Shown piece by piece: positions 22,628 to 32,292 of a DNA stretch of 52,069 nt. Position 1 is the first letter of the stretch, and each line of letters begins with the position of its first letter. The translations under genes were made by a program, and so were the position numbers. Origin of the DNA: Leadbetterella sp. (GTDB lineage: Bacteria; Bacteroidota; Bacteroidia; Cytophagales; Spirosomataceae); NCBI GenBank assembly GCA_051649345.1, contig JBOFGX010000173.1:1-52069 (forward strand), written 5' to 3'. The notes under the pieces are model-generated. The model was not told where the DNA came from and did not search any database. It saw only the letters and a list, made by a program, of their open reading frames with translations.

Positions 22628-23647
22628 TTATTTTGAATTAAATATTTTTTGTTCCCATCGCCATGCATCTTGTAAGGCTTCTTCTAACGTTTTTTGTGTC
22701 TTCCAGCCTAGTTTCTCTGAAGTTTTTGAAACATCTGCGTATATTTTCTCGACATCACCACTCCTTCTATCTACAATCTCGTAATTTAGTTTTAGATCAT
22801 TTGTAGCTTCAAAAGTCTCTATAAGTTGTAAAACACTCACTCCTTTTCCGGTTCCTATATTAAACACATCATAAAAATAGGTTTCTGCTTTTCGAGAGAC
22901 ATATTCTAGTGCTGCAATATGTGCCTTGGCTAAATCATCAATATGTATAAAATCACGTATATTACTACCATCTGGTGTATTGTAGTCATTTCCAAATACG
23001 CTGAGTTTGGATCGTTTACCAATGGCTGTTTGCGTAATAAAAGGAACTAGATTAGATGGGACGCCATTTGGCAGTTCTCCAATTTCTGCAGTATGATGAG
23101 CACCAATAGGATTGAAATAACGAAGAGATATTGACTTTATGGGTGATTGAGCTCTATACAAATCCTCTAAAATATCCTCACAAATTGCTTTCGAGTTTCC
23201 GTATGGTGAGGTAGCTTTTTTCTTAGGTGTTTCCTCAGTAACAGGTATTAGATCAGGTTCTCCATATACAGTACAGGAAGAAGAAAAAACAAAATTCGAA
23301 ATTTTGTTGGTCATCATTTCTCCTAACAAAACAGTCATTGAACCTACATTATTTGCATAGTATTTCAAAGGATGTTTTACCGATTCACCCACGGCTTTAA
23401 AGGCAGCAAAATGTATAACACCATCAACTTTATTTTCAGAAAAAACCTTCCTAAGCAGACTTACGTCACTACAATCACCTTGATAAAAAATAGGCTTTAT
23501 CCCTAAAATACGTTCGATACCATTGATAACATTGAGGTTAGAATTACTCAAATCATCTATTATTATTGCCGTATGCCCTTGTTCATGTAATTCTACAACT
23601 GTATGAGAGCCTATAAAACCTAGTCCTCCTGTTACAAGAATATTCAT
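22628..23647 (-). CDS. galE: UDP-glucose 4-epimerase
   Basis: TGGLGFIGSHT, FAAFKAVGES, YGNSK, LRYFNPIGAH. Confidence 0.97.
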   Translation of the reverse strand: MNILVTGGLGFIGSHTVVELHEQGHTAIIIDDLSNSNLNVINGIERILGIKPIFYQGDCSDVSLLRKVFSENKVDGVIHFAAFKAVGESVKHPLKYYANNVGSMTVLLGEMMTNKISNFVFSSSCTVYGEPDLIPVTEETPKKKATSPYGNSKAICEDILEDLYRAQSPIKSISLRYFNPIGAHHTAEIGELPNGVPSNLVPFITQTAIGKRSKLSVFGNDYNTPDGSNIRDFIHIDDLAKAHIAALEYVSRKAETYFYDVFNIGTGKGVSVLQLIETFEATNDLKLNYEIVDRRSGDVEKIYADVSKTSEKLGWKTQKTLEEALQDAWRWEQKIFNSK

Positions 23648-23703
23648 TGGCTAAGCATTTGTTTACAAATTTGGAATGTAAAATTACTAAAAAAATAAAA
23701 GAA

Positions 23704-25698
23704 TTACTCGTTTGGAGCGATCCAAACATTGTTTTCCGGATTAACATCGGGTAAAATTTCTCTTGGGTTCAGTTTTACTTCTTTTAGTTTGACCTGAGTA
23801 TCAACTTGAAAAACCCATTCAGAAGATTTTTGCCAAATTTCTACAGGCAATTTTATGGTCCTTGTTTTATTATTAATATCCAATATCTCAAGCTCTACAG
23901 GCATAGGTAATTGTTGCATGTTTTCTAATGTAATGGTTACCCCATTTTCTGGCTTATTCGATATGTAAGATACATTCTTGATTTTTTGATCTATTAGAAA
24001 CGCATTCTTGTAGTATCCCGTCCAAAACCAGTTCAAATCCTCTCCCAGTGTGTTATTCATGGATTGAAAAAAGTCCTGAGGTGTTGGATGTTTATATGCC
24101 CAATTTTTGATGTATTCACGTAATGCCAAATGAACTCTTTCTTCACCTACGACCGCATCGCCCAATATTTTCAGACCCAAACCAGGCTTAAAATAAGCCA
24201 TCAAGCCTAAATACTTCTCTGGGCACGCATCAGGTATATTCATGATATTTGGAGATCTTTTTAATGGGTTTGCCATTTTCGAAGTTTTGGTAGGGGAATC
24301 ATATTCACCTTTGTTAAACTCTCTGGCAGATATCATATTGATATAGGTATTGAACCCTTCATCCATCCATGCATACCTACGCTCATTAGTACCCACAATC
24401 ATTGGAAACCAAATATGACCAAATTCATGATCCGTCACACCAAAAAGATTTTCTCCTCTTGCATCGGCTCCACAAAACACAATACCAGGATACTCCATAC
24501 CACTAATCACTCCTCCTACATTGGTAGCAACAGGATACGGATATTCAAACAACATTTTGGAATAAAATTCTATACTATGTTTTGTATACTCTGACGACCT
24601 CCCCCATCCATTTGAACCGCCTGCGTTTGCAGGATAAATTGATTGTACAAGTATTCGCTTGCCTGATGGTAACTTTGCAGAGGATGCGTCCCAAGTACAA
24701 TTCTTTGAAGCAGCCCAAGCCACATCCCTTGTGTTTTTACATTCAAAAGTCCATGTTTTCGAGTCTATAGCATCTGAAGTTTTACTCGCCGTCTGAATCA
24801 ACACTGTGGAGTCAGAAATTATGGCCTTGGAAAGATTGTCCAATTGAGCCTTGCCCAAAACAACTTTAGAATTTTTCAGTTCTCCTGAACCTACAACTAC
24901 ATAATTTGAAGGTAAGGTTACGTTATATTCCATGTTTCCATATTCCAGATAAAACTCTCCTTGCCCTAAATATGGAAGCACGTTCCAGCCTTCAATATCA
25001 TCATACACACACAAGCGAGGATACCATTGAGCAAAATGAAAAACACGAGATTCGTCTTTGGAATAAATACCACATCTATCTGCCCCATTCTCAGGCATTA
25101 TAAACGAAAATTTCATGCTTATATAAATCTTGCCTTTGGGCTGAAGGGGATCTGACAAAAACAATTGAATACGTGTATCATCAATGAATTGTGATTTGAG
25201 TATTTCTTTTTCACCGAACATATGATTGGGTTGATGAAATGCTTTATAGGATCCAGAATTAAGTGTATAACTTTTACCTACGACAGATTTTAAAACAGAA
25301 ATTTCTGAAAGTTGATAACCGCCCTCAAAATTTTTCACACCCCATCTTCCAACTTCAACAGGTGTGGTTCTCGATCCTCTGGATTGTGAAGTGAATTTAT
25401 TTTGATCCAATTGTAGCCATATAAAATCAAGCTTGTCTGGCGAATTATTAGTATACTCTATAACTAGGTCACCCGACAAAGACTCTTTTTCAGTATTCAA
25501 TGTACAATTGATTTCATAATTGGCTTGATTCTGCCAATAGTTTGGGCCTGGAATACCTGCTGCTGAACGGTATTCAGTTGAAGGTCTCTGAGAATTCAAG
25601 GGATTAAAAACCAAAGCTGGGTCATATATAGACTTCTCCTGTGAGATAGCTAAATTGCAAATACCTATAATACCTAATAAAAGTAACGTGTTTCTCAT
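23704..25698 (-). CDS. Secreted M1-family zinc aminopeptidase
   Basis: GMEYP, HEFGH...WMDEG; signal peptide; 4-nt overlap with the xerC stop. Confidence 0.9.
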   Translation of the reverse strand: MRNTLLLLGIIGICNLAISQEKSIYDPALVFNPLNSQRPSTEYRSAAGIPGPNYWQNQANYEINCTLNTEKESLSGDLVIEYTNNSPDKLDFIWLQLDQNKFTSQSRGSRTTPVEVGRWGVKNFEGGYQLSEISVLKSVVGKSYTLNSGSYKAFHQPNHMFGEKEILKSQFIDDTRIQLFLSDPLQPKGKIYISMKFSFIMPENGADRCGIYSKDESRVFHFAQWYPRLCVYDDIEGWNVLPYLGQGEFYLEYGNMEYNVTLPSNYVVVGSGELKNSKVVLGKAQLDNLSKAIISDSTVLIQTASKTSDAIDSKTWTFECKNTRDVAWAASKNCTWDASSAKLPSGKRILVQSIYPANAGGSNGWGRSSEYTKHSIEFYSKMLFEYPYPVATNVGGVISGMEYPGIVFCGADARGENLFGVTDHEFGHIWFPMIVGTNERRYAWMDEGFNTYINMISAREFNKGEYDSPTKTSKMANPLKRSPNIMNIPDACPEKYLGLMAYFKPGLGLKILGDAVVGEERVHLALREYIKNWAYKHPTPQDFFQSMNNTLGEDLNWFWTGYYKNAFLIDQKIKNVSYISNKPENGVTITLENMQQLPMPVELEILDINNKTRTIKLPVEIWQKSSEWVFQVDTQVKLKEVKLNPREILPDVNPENNVWIAPNE

Positions 25699-26561
25699 GC
25701 TTTGGGATGTGATTTGGAATGAATTTCTTTGAGTTTTGAGATTGAATTATGTGTATAAATCTGAGTAGCGGATAAACTTGAATGACCAAGCAGATCTTTG
25801 ATAGCATTGAGGTCAGCCCCTCTATTTAATAGGTGGGTCGCAAAACTATGTCTAATTATATGTGGACTCTTTTTTTGCACTGTACTAACTAGATCCAGGT
25901 ATGTTTTGACTTTACGCTGAACAAACATGGGGTACAATTTATCATTTTTATCTGTCACAAACAAAAAAGGTCTTTGTTCTGAAAACTGATTCTTTTTAAG
26001 CTCCTGATAATTTTGAATTAATCTTTGTAATTCCTTGTGTATGGGTACGAAACGCTCTTTCGCTCTTTTTCCCATCACTTTGATTTTGGATTGAAAAAAG
26101 TCCACATCGTTTTCATTTAGTTCTATTAATTCAGACAATCGAATACCCGTACCGTATAATAATTCGATTAATAGGTGATCACGAACATCTGAGAATGAAC
26201 TACCAAAAACTGACAACTGTTCAAAACTACTGAGACTTCCTTCAGAATAAAAAAATGGTAGTTTCTTAGACATTTTCAAATTTTTAATCCCTTTAGTTGG
26301 GTTTTCAGAAATCTCTTTTTTTAGAACCAAAAAAGAAAAAAATGCCTTCAAAGACGCCAATTTACGATTTATACTCGTATGCTGAAGACCTTTTTCAGAC
26401 AAACACACTATCCATTCTCGAATATCAACTGACTTTGCACTTACAATACTATCACCAGAAAAAAAATCTTCAAAATCAGATATATCTGCTTGGTAGGCTG
26501 TAGTTGTGTGTTGCGAAAGTCTTCTCTCTGAATGCAAATATGAAATAAAAAAATCGACCAC
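25695..26561 (-). CDS. xerC: Tyrosine recombinase, XerC/XerD family
   Basis: GIRLSE, HIIRHSFATH, LGH, TQIY catalytic residues; follows rpsU as is usual in Bacteroidota; GTG start. Confidence 0.88.
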   Translation of the reverse strand: MVDFFISYLHSERRLSQHTTTAYQADISDFEDFFSGDSIVSAKSVDIREWIVCLSEKGLQHTSINRKLASLKAFFSFLVLKKEISENPTKGIKNLKMSKKLPFFYSEGSLSSFEQLSVFGSSFSDVRDHLLIELLYGTGIRLSELIELNENDVDFFQSKIKVMGKRAKERFVPIHKELQRLIQNYQELKKNQFSEQRPFLFVTDKNDKLYPMFVQRKVKTYLDLVSTVQKKSPHIIRHSFATHLLNRGADLNAIKDLLGHSSLSATQIYTHNSISKLKEIHSKSHPKA

Positions 26562-26605
26562 TTTTCTATTGATAATCTCAATACAAATGTAGTCGATTTT
26601 TATTT
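26543..26605 (-). terminator. Long hairpin with U-tract downstream of rpsU, overlapping the xerC start
   Basis: Minus strand AAAAATCGACTACATTTGTATTGA-gatta-TCAATAGAAAAGTGGTCGATTTTTTT. Confidence 0.65.
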
Positions 26606-26621
26606 ATTTAAAAACTCGGAA

Positions 26622-26816
26622 TTAATCGTCGATATGTCCGTAAGTCTTTTGCTTATATGCTGCTCTGATGATTTCGAATCTACGCGATACTGAACTCTTT
26701 TCAAAAGCTTGACGTCTACGAAGTTCTTTGAGAACTCTTGTCTTTTCAAACTTCTTTTTGAATCTTTTTAAAGCTTTATCAATTGACTCGTTTTCTTTGA
26801 TTTGTACATGTAGCAT
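26622..26816 (-). CDS. rpsU: 30S ribosomal protein bS21
   Basis: ESIDKALKRFKKK...ELRRRQAFEK; 64 aa. Confidence 0.96.
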   Translation of the reverse strand: MLHVQIKENESIDKALKRFKKKFEKTRVLKELRRRQAFEKSSVSRRFEIIRAAYKQKTYGHIDD

Positions 26817-26822
26817 AATTTA

Positions 26823-26876
26823 CACCTCCTTTTTATTTCGGACTGCAAAGGTAGATAAAAAAAATATTAATTCAAA
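26823..26876 (-). promoter_or_regulatory. rpsU promoter (TTTG-N19-TACCTTTG) and strong Shine-Dalgarno AAGGAGGTG
   Basis: -33 box 26873-26876; -7 box 26846-26853; SD 26823-26831, 6 nt from the ATG. Confidence 0.85.
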
Positions 26877-26886
26877 CGAATCAGAC

Positions 26887-28035
26887 TTATTTCCATGAAC
26901 AACCGACAGCTTCAGCACATGAGTATTCATTTTTGAGGATAGAAAGTCCATCCCCTGAATCGCAAATATCTAAAAATTGTACTTGATCTTTACTAAATCC
27001 AACAAATGGGACGGCCGCTCTAGCCCGTAAGGACTTTTTACCTACACCAATAAATTTTATCTTGGAGTTGGGACTAGACATCACAACCAAAGGGAGAGGC
27101 GAAGTCGTGTCTTCGTTTGTCCATCTTTTGATATCTGTATAATCTGGAGCATCTAGATTATCAATAAGTATATGATTATCTATAGAATTATTATTGGTAC
27201 CGAAATAGAACAGTGAGCGTTTGGCTGGATGCTTACTATCAACTCTTTTTAGAACAACTTTTACGTTTGATATAGTAGCACTTACACTTTCATTACCATT
27301 GTAACCTAGGGCAAAAGGTGAGCCGTTCGGATTGTGCATAATGGTCGTATTCTGCACTTTTATACCATCGAAATACAATTTGACTGCATCATCACATACG
27401 TCAATATAGCAGTCATTTATTATTGAATTTTGACCAATTGTAAATCCATCAGACTTACTTAGGAAATCAGGATAAGGTCGTGAATTTACAATATGCACTT
27501 TATCGGCGATTACTTTGTTTGTACCCCGAAAAGTAACTGCAAAGATCCGAGGGTTTTCTATTAGGATATTCTTAAGAATAACAGTAAGCCCATATATACC
27601 AGCAATTTCATTAATGGCTCCATGGTTGTTTCTATTCAGGTAAGAAAGCCTATCGTCTTTTGTATTATGTAAGCCGTCAGACCCCAAAGCCCAATTTTTA
27701 TTATTTGTACCAAATATCCTACTTGTAAATGGATCATTACCTACTATTTCGATATCGTGATCTACATAAAACCCTCCTATAATTGTTACATTTTTCGAAA
27801 TCACGAGTTTCTTTATTTCATTGGGTATTCTCCAATGAAAGTAAACGGTGTCATTCTCGTTGGTTGTGAATGCAACCGACTTGGTAATCGTAAATACTCC
27901 AGTCGAGGGATCCCACTTTGAATTTTTAGCATTCAATTTAGGATGAATTACGCGAGGGAAGTAGGGCTTGGCTACAAGGCAAAATTGAGCTGATAGAAAG
28001 AACACAATTAGCCCCTTAAAAATTGTATAATTCAT
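26887..28035 (-). CDS. Secreted right-handed beta-helix (pectin lyase-like fold) protein
   Basis: Signal peptide; SDGF...INDCYIDVCDDAVKL...VQNTTI repeats; promoter TTG-N19-TATATTTG at 28091-28120. Confidence 0.6.
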   Translation of the reverse strand: MNYTIFKGLIVFFLSAQFCLVAKPYFPRVIHPKLNAKNSKWDPSTGVFTITKSVAFTTNENDTVYFHWRIPNEIKKLVISKNVTIIGGFYVDHDIEIVGNDPFTSRIFGTNNKNWALGSDGLHNTKDDRLSYLNRNNHGAINEIAGIYGLTVILKNILIENPRIFAVTFRGTNKVIADKVHIVNSRPYPDFLSKSDGFTIGQNSIINDCYIDVCDDAVKLYFDGIKVQNTTIMHNPNGSPFALGYNGNESVSATISNVKVVLKRVDSKHPAKRSLFYFGTNNNSIDNHILIDNLDAPDYTDIKRWTNEDTTSPLPLVVMSSPNSKIKFIGVGKKSLRARAAVPFVGFSKDQVQFLDICDSGDGLSILKNEYSCAEAVGCSWK

Positions 28036-28266
28036 AGTTGTATAAAAGTTAGGCTCGAGGACTTTTTAGAAAAATATGATTCCCTAACTACAAATATACT
28101 AACCTATCAATAAGTTACAAGAATTTTTGTATTTATTTATGATTGAAAAATAGAAGCGTTTTTAATTATACAATAGAAAAAATATGACTATTACAATAAT
28201 ATACTTTTAAATACTAAATTTTGCAATTATCAATAAAGTATTAAACATCATTAAAAACCTATTTAT

Positions 28267-29646
28267 CTAATTAGTGGACTCTTTCGTCACTTTATCAATT
28301 ACATCTCGCACTACTTCTGAAAAATAGGCACCCATATAAGGCCCATACCAGGACATGGTAGACGTTTCGTAAAGTGGCAGATCGTACCTTTCGTCAGCAG
28401 TGACATAACCTACATATGCACCATTGAAACTGGTAACAATAAGTGTCAGCCCTTTTTTAGAAGCATAATCATCTAAAGCTTTCACCAATTCACCAGAAAA
28501 ATCACAAGGTAGACCTACTTGCAAGACATTACCAATTCTTGCTACCTGAATATGAGTAGGATAATCTCCAAACAACCACCGAAAAACCCACGGCCTTAAT
28601 GCCCAATTTTGAGCTATTCTTGGAGTAGGGTCTGGCATTGGCAGGGCAATAGTCTTTACCCAGTTTTGATTTCCTTCTACTTTTTTTAGTTTTCTATAAT
28701 CCATAGCTTTATGCAAACCTTGGGCTTGATTTCGAACCTCCTCCCAATCATCTTTACCTTTTTCTTCAGGTGCCATACTCCCAACAGCTCCCGCCATATA
28801 AAGGGCAAAGTTTGAATTATTTTTTTCTACTAAATCTACCCATTCTCCACAATAATCCCTTGAAAGCTGCATAGTGGCGGAATTTACAACGGTGTTATGA
28901 GCACCGTAAGAGAGTAATGTTGCCGTTTGTCCATTCTTCTTTGTAAACTTCATAAACCGAACTTCGGGATCAATCCGTGGCTTCGGAACATTGGGAAGCC
29001 TGTTATGAATATGACTTGAATCCCTAACTTCTGCATAGGAGATATCTGATAACGGTTGGGTATCTTGTGAACCTAGGATACAAGCAGCTATTTTTTGAGT
29101 TAAGAAAGATTCAATTGCTGGATTGTACTCTCCTGCAAACAATTCCCCTGTAAGTGTATTTCCCCACCCACCTACACTGTTGTGCGAATGAGAAGCCGAA
29201 AAATATACGTTTTTTATATCTATATTATTTTTTTCGAGAACAATACCCAAGTTTTTATAAATGGATGGAGGTATGATCAACATATCCGCTGATACCCAAA
29301 AATAGGAACGCTTGTTTTGCGAAATACAAATTGATCTACAATATACAGAATCGTGCACAGATTCAAAATGCTTACCTCTCCGTTTTCCATAGCCCGCCAT
29401 AGGAGTTGAATAAACTGGCGTAATATTGACTTTGTTCCACCCCACCGTTGGTAAATTCGTAACTGAGTCAAGAGGATTTTCATTAGATAAATCAACGTTT
29501 TCTATAATCTTCTTCCACTCCTGATAATGCGGCTTGGATGCGTAAGGTTCTCTGGGCAAACGAACAATTGAGCATGCTGCAAAAAGTAAAACAAGCACCA
29601 CAATAGTCAACAAACTATATCCTAAGTATTTAGCTAGTATTCTCAC
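28267..29646 (-). CDS. Neutral/alkaline ceramidase N-terminal-domain protein
   Basis: NITP...PMAGYG, VHDSVYCR, SASHSHNS, YGAH; N-terminal membrane anchor. Confidence 0.75.
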   Translation of the reverse strand: MRILAKYLGYSLLTIVVLVLLFAACSIVRLPREPYASKPHYQEWKKIIENVDLSNENPLDSVTNLPTVGWNKVNITPVYSTPMAGYGKRRGKHFESVHDSVYCRSICISQNKRSYFWVSADMLIIPPSIYKNLGIVLEKNNIDIKNVYFSASHSHNSVGGWGNTLTGELFAGEYNPAIESFLTQKIAACILGSQDTQPLSDISYAEVRDSSHIHNRLPNVPKPRIDPEVRFMKFTKKNGQTATLLSYGAHNTVVNSATMQLSRDYCGEWVDLVEKNNSNFALYMAGAVGSMAPEEKGKDDWEEVRNQAQGLHKAMDYRKLKKVEGNQNWVKTIALPMPDPTPRIAQNWALRPWVFRWLFGDYPTHIQVARIGNVLQVGLPCDFSGELVKALDDYASKKGLTLIVTSFNGAYVGYVTADERYDLPLYETSTMSWYGPYMGAYFSEVVRDVIDKVTKESTN

Positions 29647-30134
29647 AAACCGTATTTATCTACTAAATAGGAAATAAGTGCGGTATTGGATCTATGTACA
29701 ATTTGATATACCTCTTCAAAAGCACTTTCGCTTTCGTAATAAGGATCAGGCACAGATTGAGCTCCTCTTACTTCAGGATCATGATCCCGAATCAAAAACA
29801 ATTTATCAGGAGCAGGAGGTACGCCTTTAGTCTCATAATAAAACGTATGCATGGCTTCAAAATTCTCCTCATCCATGACCACTAAATGATCAAAATCATC
29901 TAAATCTGAGACTTTTACCTTTCTTCCTAAATGCGTGAGTTCTATATTATGTTTTTCAGCATTTTTTATAGTTCTCTTATCGGGTCGCTGTCCCGTATGC
30001 CACCCTTGTATTCCTGCAGAATCTACCTCAAAAGCATGCGAAAGACCTCTTTCTTCTGTAATTACTCTAAACGTTGCTTCCGCTATAGGGCTTCTGCATA
30101 TATTCCCAAGGCAAATAAAAAGTACTTTTCTCAT
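29643..30134 (-). CDS. Low-molecular-weight protein tyrosine phosphatase
   Basis: CLGNICRS P-loop, VDSAG, DPYY. Confidence 0.95.
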   Translation of the reverse strand: MRKVLFICLGNICRSPIAEATFRVITEERGLSHAFEVDSAGIQGWHTGQRPDKRTIKNAEKHNIELTHLGRKVKVSDLDDFDHLVVMDEENFEAMHTFYYETKGVPPAPDKLFLIRDHDPEVRGAQSVPDPYYESESAFEEVYQIVHRSNTALISYLVDKYGL

Positions 30135-30463
30135 TCTACACTATCTGATTCTTTTATAAGTTTATCATTTTCATCAACCATAATAAAAACCGTTTCATTT
30201 GGCTTTTTCATAAGGTATTTTTCTCTCGCGTAGGCCTCAATACTATTCTTTGACTCAAACACGCTAGCCTCTTCAATCTTTATCCTTTCTAATTCTTTAT
30301 CGAAGTGTTGTGATTGTTTATTTAGTGACCTGACTTGTGAATACATTTTTGCCAAATTCATAATATTGGATCTGTCAAAATACATTACCCAAACAAAAAA
30401 CGCTATACCTGATAATATATACAATCCGTATTTACGGAAGAAGGGACTTGAAACTATGTACAT
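30131..30463 (-). CDS. Septum formation initiator (FtsB/DivIC family)
   Basis: One TM helix, coiled coil, EAYAREKYLMKKPNETVF; downstream of eno. Start set at ATG 30463 because the longer ORF reads through a repeat and a TATTTTTG box lies at 30483-30490. Confidence 0.8.
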   Translation of the reverse strand: MYIVSSPFFRKYGLYILSGIAFFVWVMYFDRSNIMNLAKMYSQVRSLNKQSQHFDKELERIKIEEASVFESKNSIEAYAREKYLMKKPNETVFIMVDENDKLIKESDSVE

Positions 30464-30519
30464 TAGAAAAGCTTTTTCAATCCAAAAATAATCCTTTTTT
30501 TTGAATAATAAAAGTAAAC

Positions 30520-30697
30520 TTAAACCCAAAATCAGTATTAGACTTATTGACGAAATATTGTTTGACAAAGAAGCTACAAAGTACGATCGAAAAGGTATCG
30601 AGATACCTTTGAGAGAGTTCTGAAGTAGATTCAAAGTAAGAAGCGGTAGCTTCCGAAAATATTTTTAGTCCATTTCTAATTCGGATTTTAGGTTAAA
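30520..30697. repeat. Palindromic element family B, full copy
   Basis: Ends TTAAACCCAAAATCAGTATTAGA / TCTAATTCGGATTTTAGGTTAAA; inner arms GAAGCTAC/GTAGCTTC; central AAAGGTATC-GA-GATACCTTT. Confidence 0.8.
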
Positions 30698-30764
30698 ATC
30701 AATCTATCATATAAGTAATAGACTGTAAGCCATACCAAATTGCTTTATACCAACAAATAAATAC

Positions 30765-30796
30765 AAAAAAAATACCGCCCATTTAGAGCGGTATTT
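30765..30796 (-). terminator. Intrinsic terminator of eno
   Basis: AAATACCGC...GCGGTATTT with a long T-tract on the minus strand. Confidence 0.8.
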
Positions 30797-30817
30797 ATCA
30801 TATAATTAGTTTGATAA

Positions 30818-32095
30818 TTAAAACTTCAAACCTGGGAAATAAGCATTCGCTCCTAGACTCTCTTCAATTCTTAACAATTGATTGTATTTTGCCATACGAT
30901 CAGAACTAGAAGCAGACCCCGTTTTGATTTGTCCTGTATTAAGTGCTACTGCTAGATCCGCAATCGTCGAATCTTCGGTTTCTCCTGAACGGTGTGACAT
31001 AACACTTTTGTATTTATTTCTGTGTGCTAAATTAACCGCGTTGATAGTTTCCGTCAATGATCCGATTTGGTTAACTTTAACAAGTATTGCATTGGCAATG
31101 CCTTTATCTATACCTTGTTGCAAACGTGATACATTCGTTACAAACAAATCATCACCTACAAGTTGGATTTTACCTCCTGAAAGTTTGGTATGTTCAGCCC
31201 ATCCAGCCCAATCATCCTCAGCCATTCCATCTTCGATAGAGATAATAGGGTATTTATCAACCCAAGTATTCCAATAAGCCGCCATTTCAGAAGAATTTAG
31301 TTGCTTACCACTCGATTTTTTAAATGTATATAAACCTGTTTTCTCATCATAAAATTCCGAAACAGCAGCATCCATAGCTATAAAGACATCTTCACCTGGT
31401 TTAAAACCTGCCTTTTCGATAGATTGTAAAACTATTTCAATCGCTTCTTCGTTGGAACCGATATTAGGTGCAAAACCACCTTCATCACCTACGTTTGTAC
31501 TATAATTTTTAGACTTTAATACCTTTTTTAGATTATGGAAAATTTCCGTTCCCATACGCAAAGACTCAGAAAAAGTATCTGCTTTGGCAGGTACAACCAT
31601 AAATTCCTGAAAATCAATAGAATTATCTGCATGTGAGCCTCCATTCAAGATATTCATCATCGGAACAGGAAGCGTGTTTGCGTTAACCCCTCCTATATAT
31701 CTAAACAGTTCTTGACCTGATTCTTGAGCTGCAGCTTTGGCTACCGCCATAGAAACACCTAGAATAGCATTAGCTCCCAATTTTCCCTTATTGGAAGTAC
31801 CATCTAAATCAATCATTAATTTATCAATGGCATTTTGCTCAAATACATCAAAACCTAAAAGTTCTTCTGCAATGGTTTCGTTTACATTTTTAACGGCATT
31901 CAATACACCTTTACCCATGTATACTTTATCATTATCATCTCTTAATTCTACCGCTTCATGGATACCCGTAGAAGCACCTGATGGAACTGCTGCCCTTCCG
32001 ACAAAACCGTTTGAAGTAGTTATATCAACTTCAACAGTAGGATTACCTCTTGAATCGAGGATTTGACGAGCGTGAACTTTTACAATTTGACTCAT
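30818..32095 (-). CDS. eno: Enolase
   Basis: [32 protein letters not shown]. Confidence 0.98.
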   Translation of the reverse strand: MSQIVKVHARQILDSRGNPTVEVDITTSNGFVGRAAVPSGASTGIHEAVELRDDNDKVYMGKGVLNAVKNVNETIAEELLGFDVFEQNAIDKLMIDLDGTSNKGKLGANAILGVSMAVAKAAAQESGQELFRYIGGVNANTLPVPMMNILNGGSHADNSIDFQEFMVVPAKADTFSESLRMGTEIFHNLKKVLKSKNYSTNVGDEGGFAPNIGSNEEAIEIVLQSIEKAGFKPGEDVFIAMDAAVSEFYDEKTGLYTFKKSSGKQLNSSEMAAYWNTWVDKYPIISIEDGMAEDDWAGWAEHTKLSGGKIQLVGDDLFVTNVSRLQQGIDKGIANAILVKVNQIGSLTETINAVNLAHRNKYKSVMSHRSGETEDSTIADLAVALNTGQIKTGSASSSDRMAKYNQLLRIEESLGANAYFPGLKF

Positions 32096-32292
32096 TATTC
32101 TAATTAATTATTGATTATTACAATTTTTTATAAAAATGTTAAAAATTTTGTGTTTTTTTTAGGAAAAACATTCGCAATTTAGGTATTTAATTGTGTTGGA
32201 AAAAATTATGCACCAACATTAAGTTATGTACTGCAAATTATCTCGATATTTACGAAATAAAGTGAGCTATTTTAATTAAGCCCTAGCATACA

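Noticed and set aside
20686-23647. rfbA/rfbB without rfbC/rfbD as a truncated pathway
   Set aside because: Split rhamnose-pathway genes are common in Bacteroidota; the others may be elsewhere in the genome.
25695-26561. Prophage or island integrase
   Set aside because: Size, motifs and position after rpsU fit a chromosomal Xer recombinase; there are no att sites, tRNA or phage genes.
30464-30634. 57 aa N-terminal extension of the FtsB-like ORF
   Set aside because: It is largely encoded by the family B palindrome and spans a promoter box; ATG 30463 gives a typical length.
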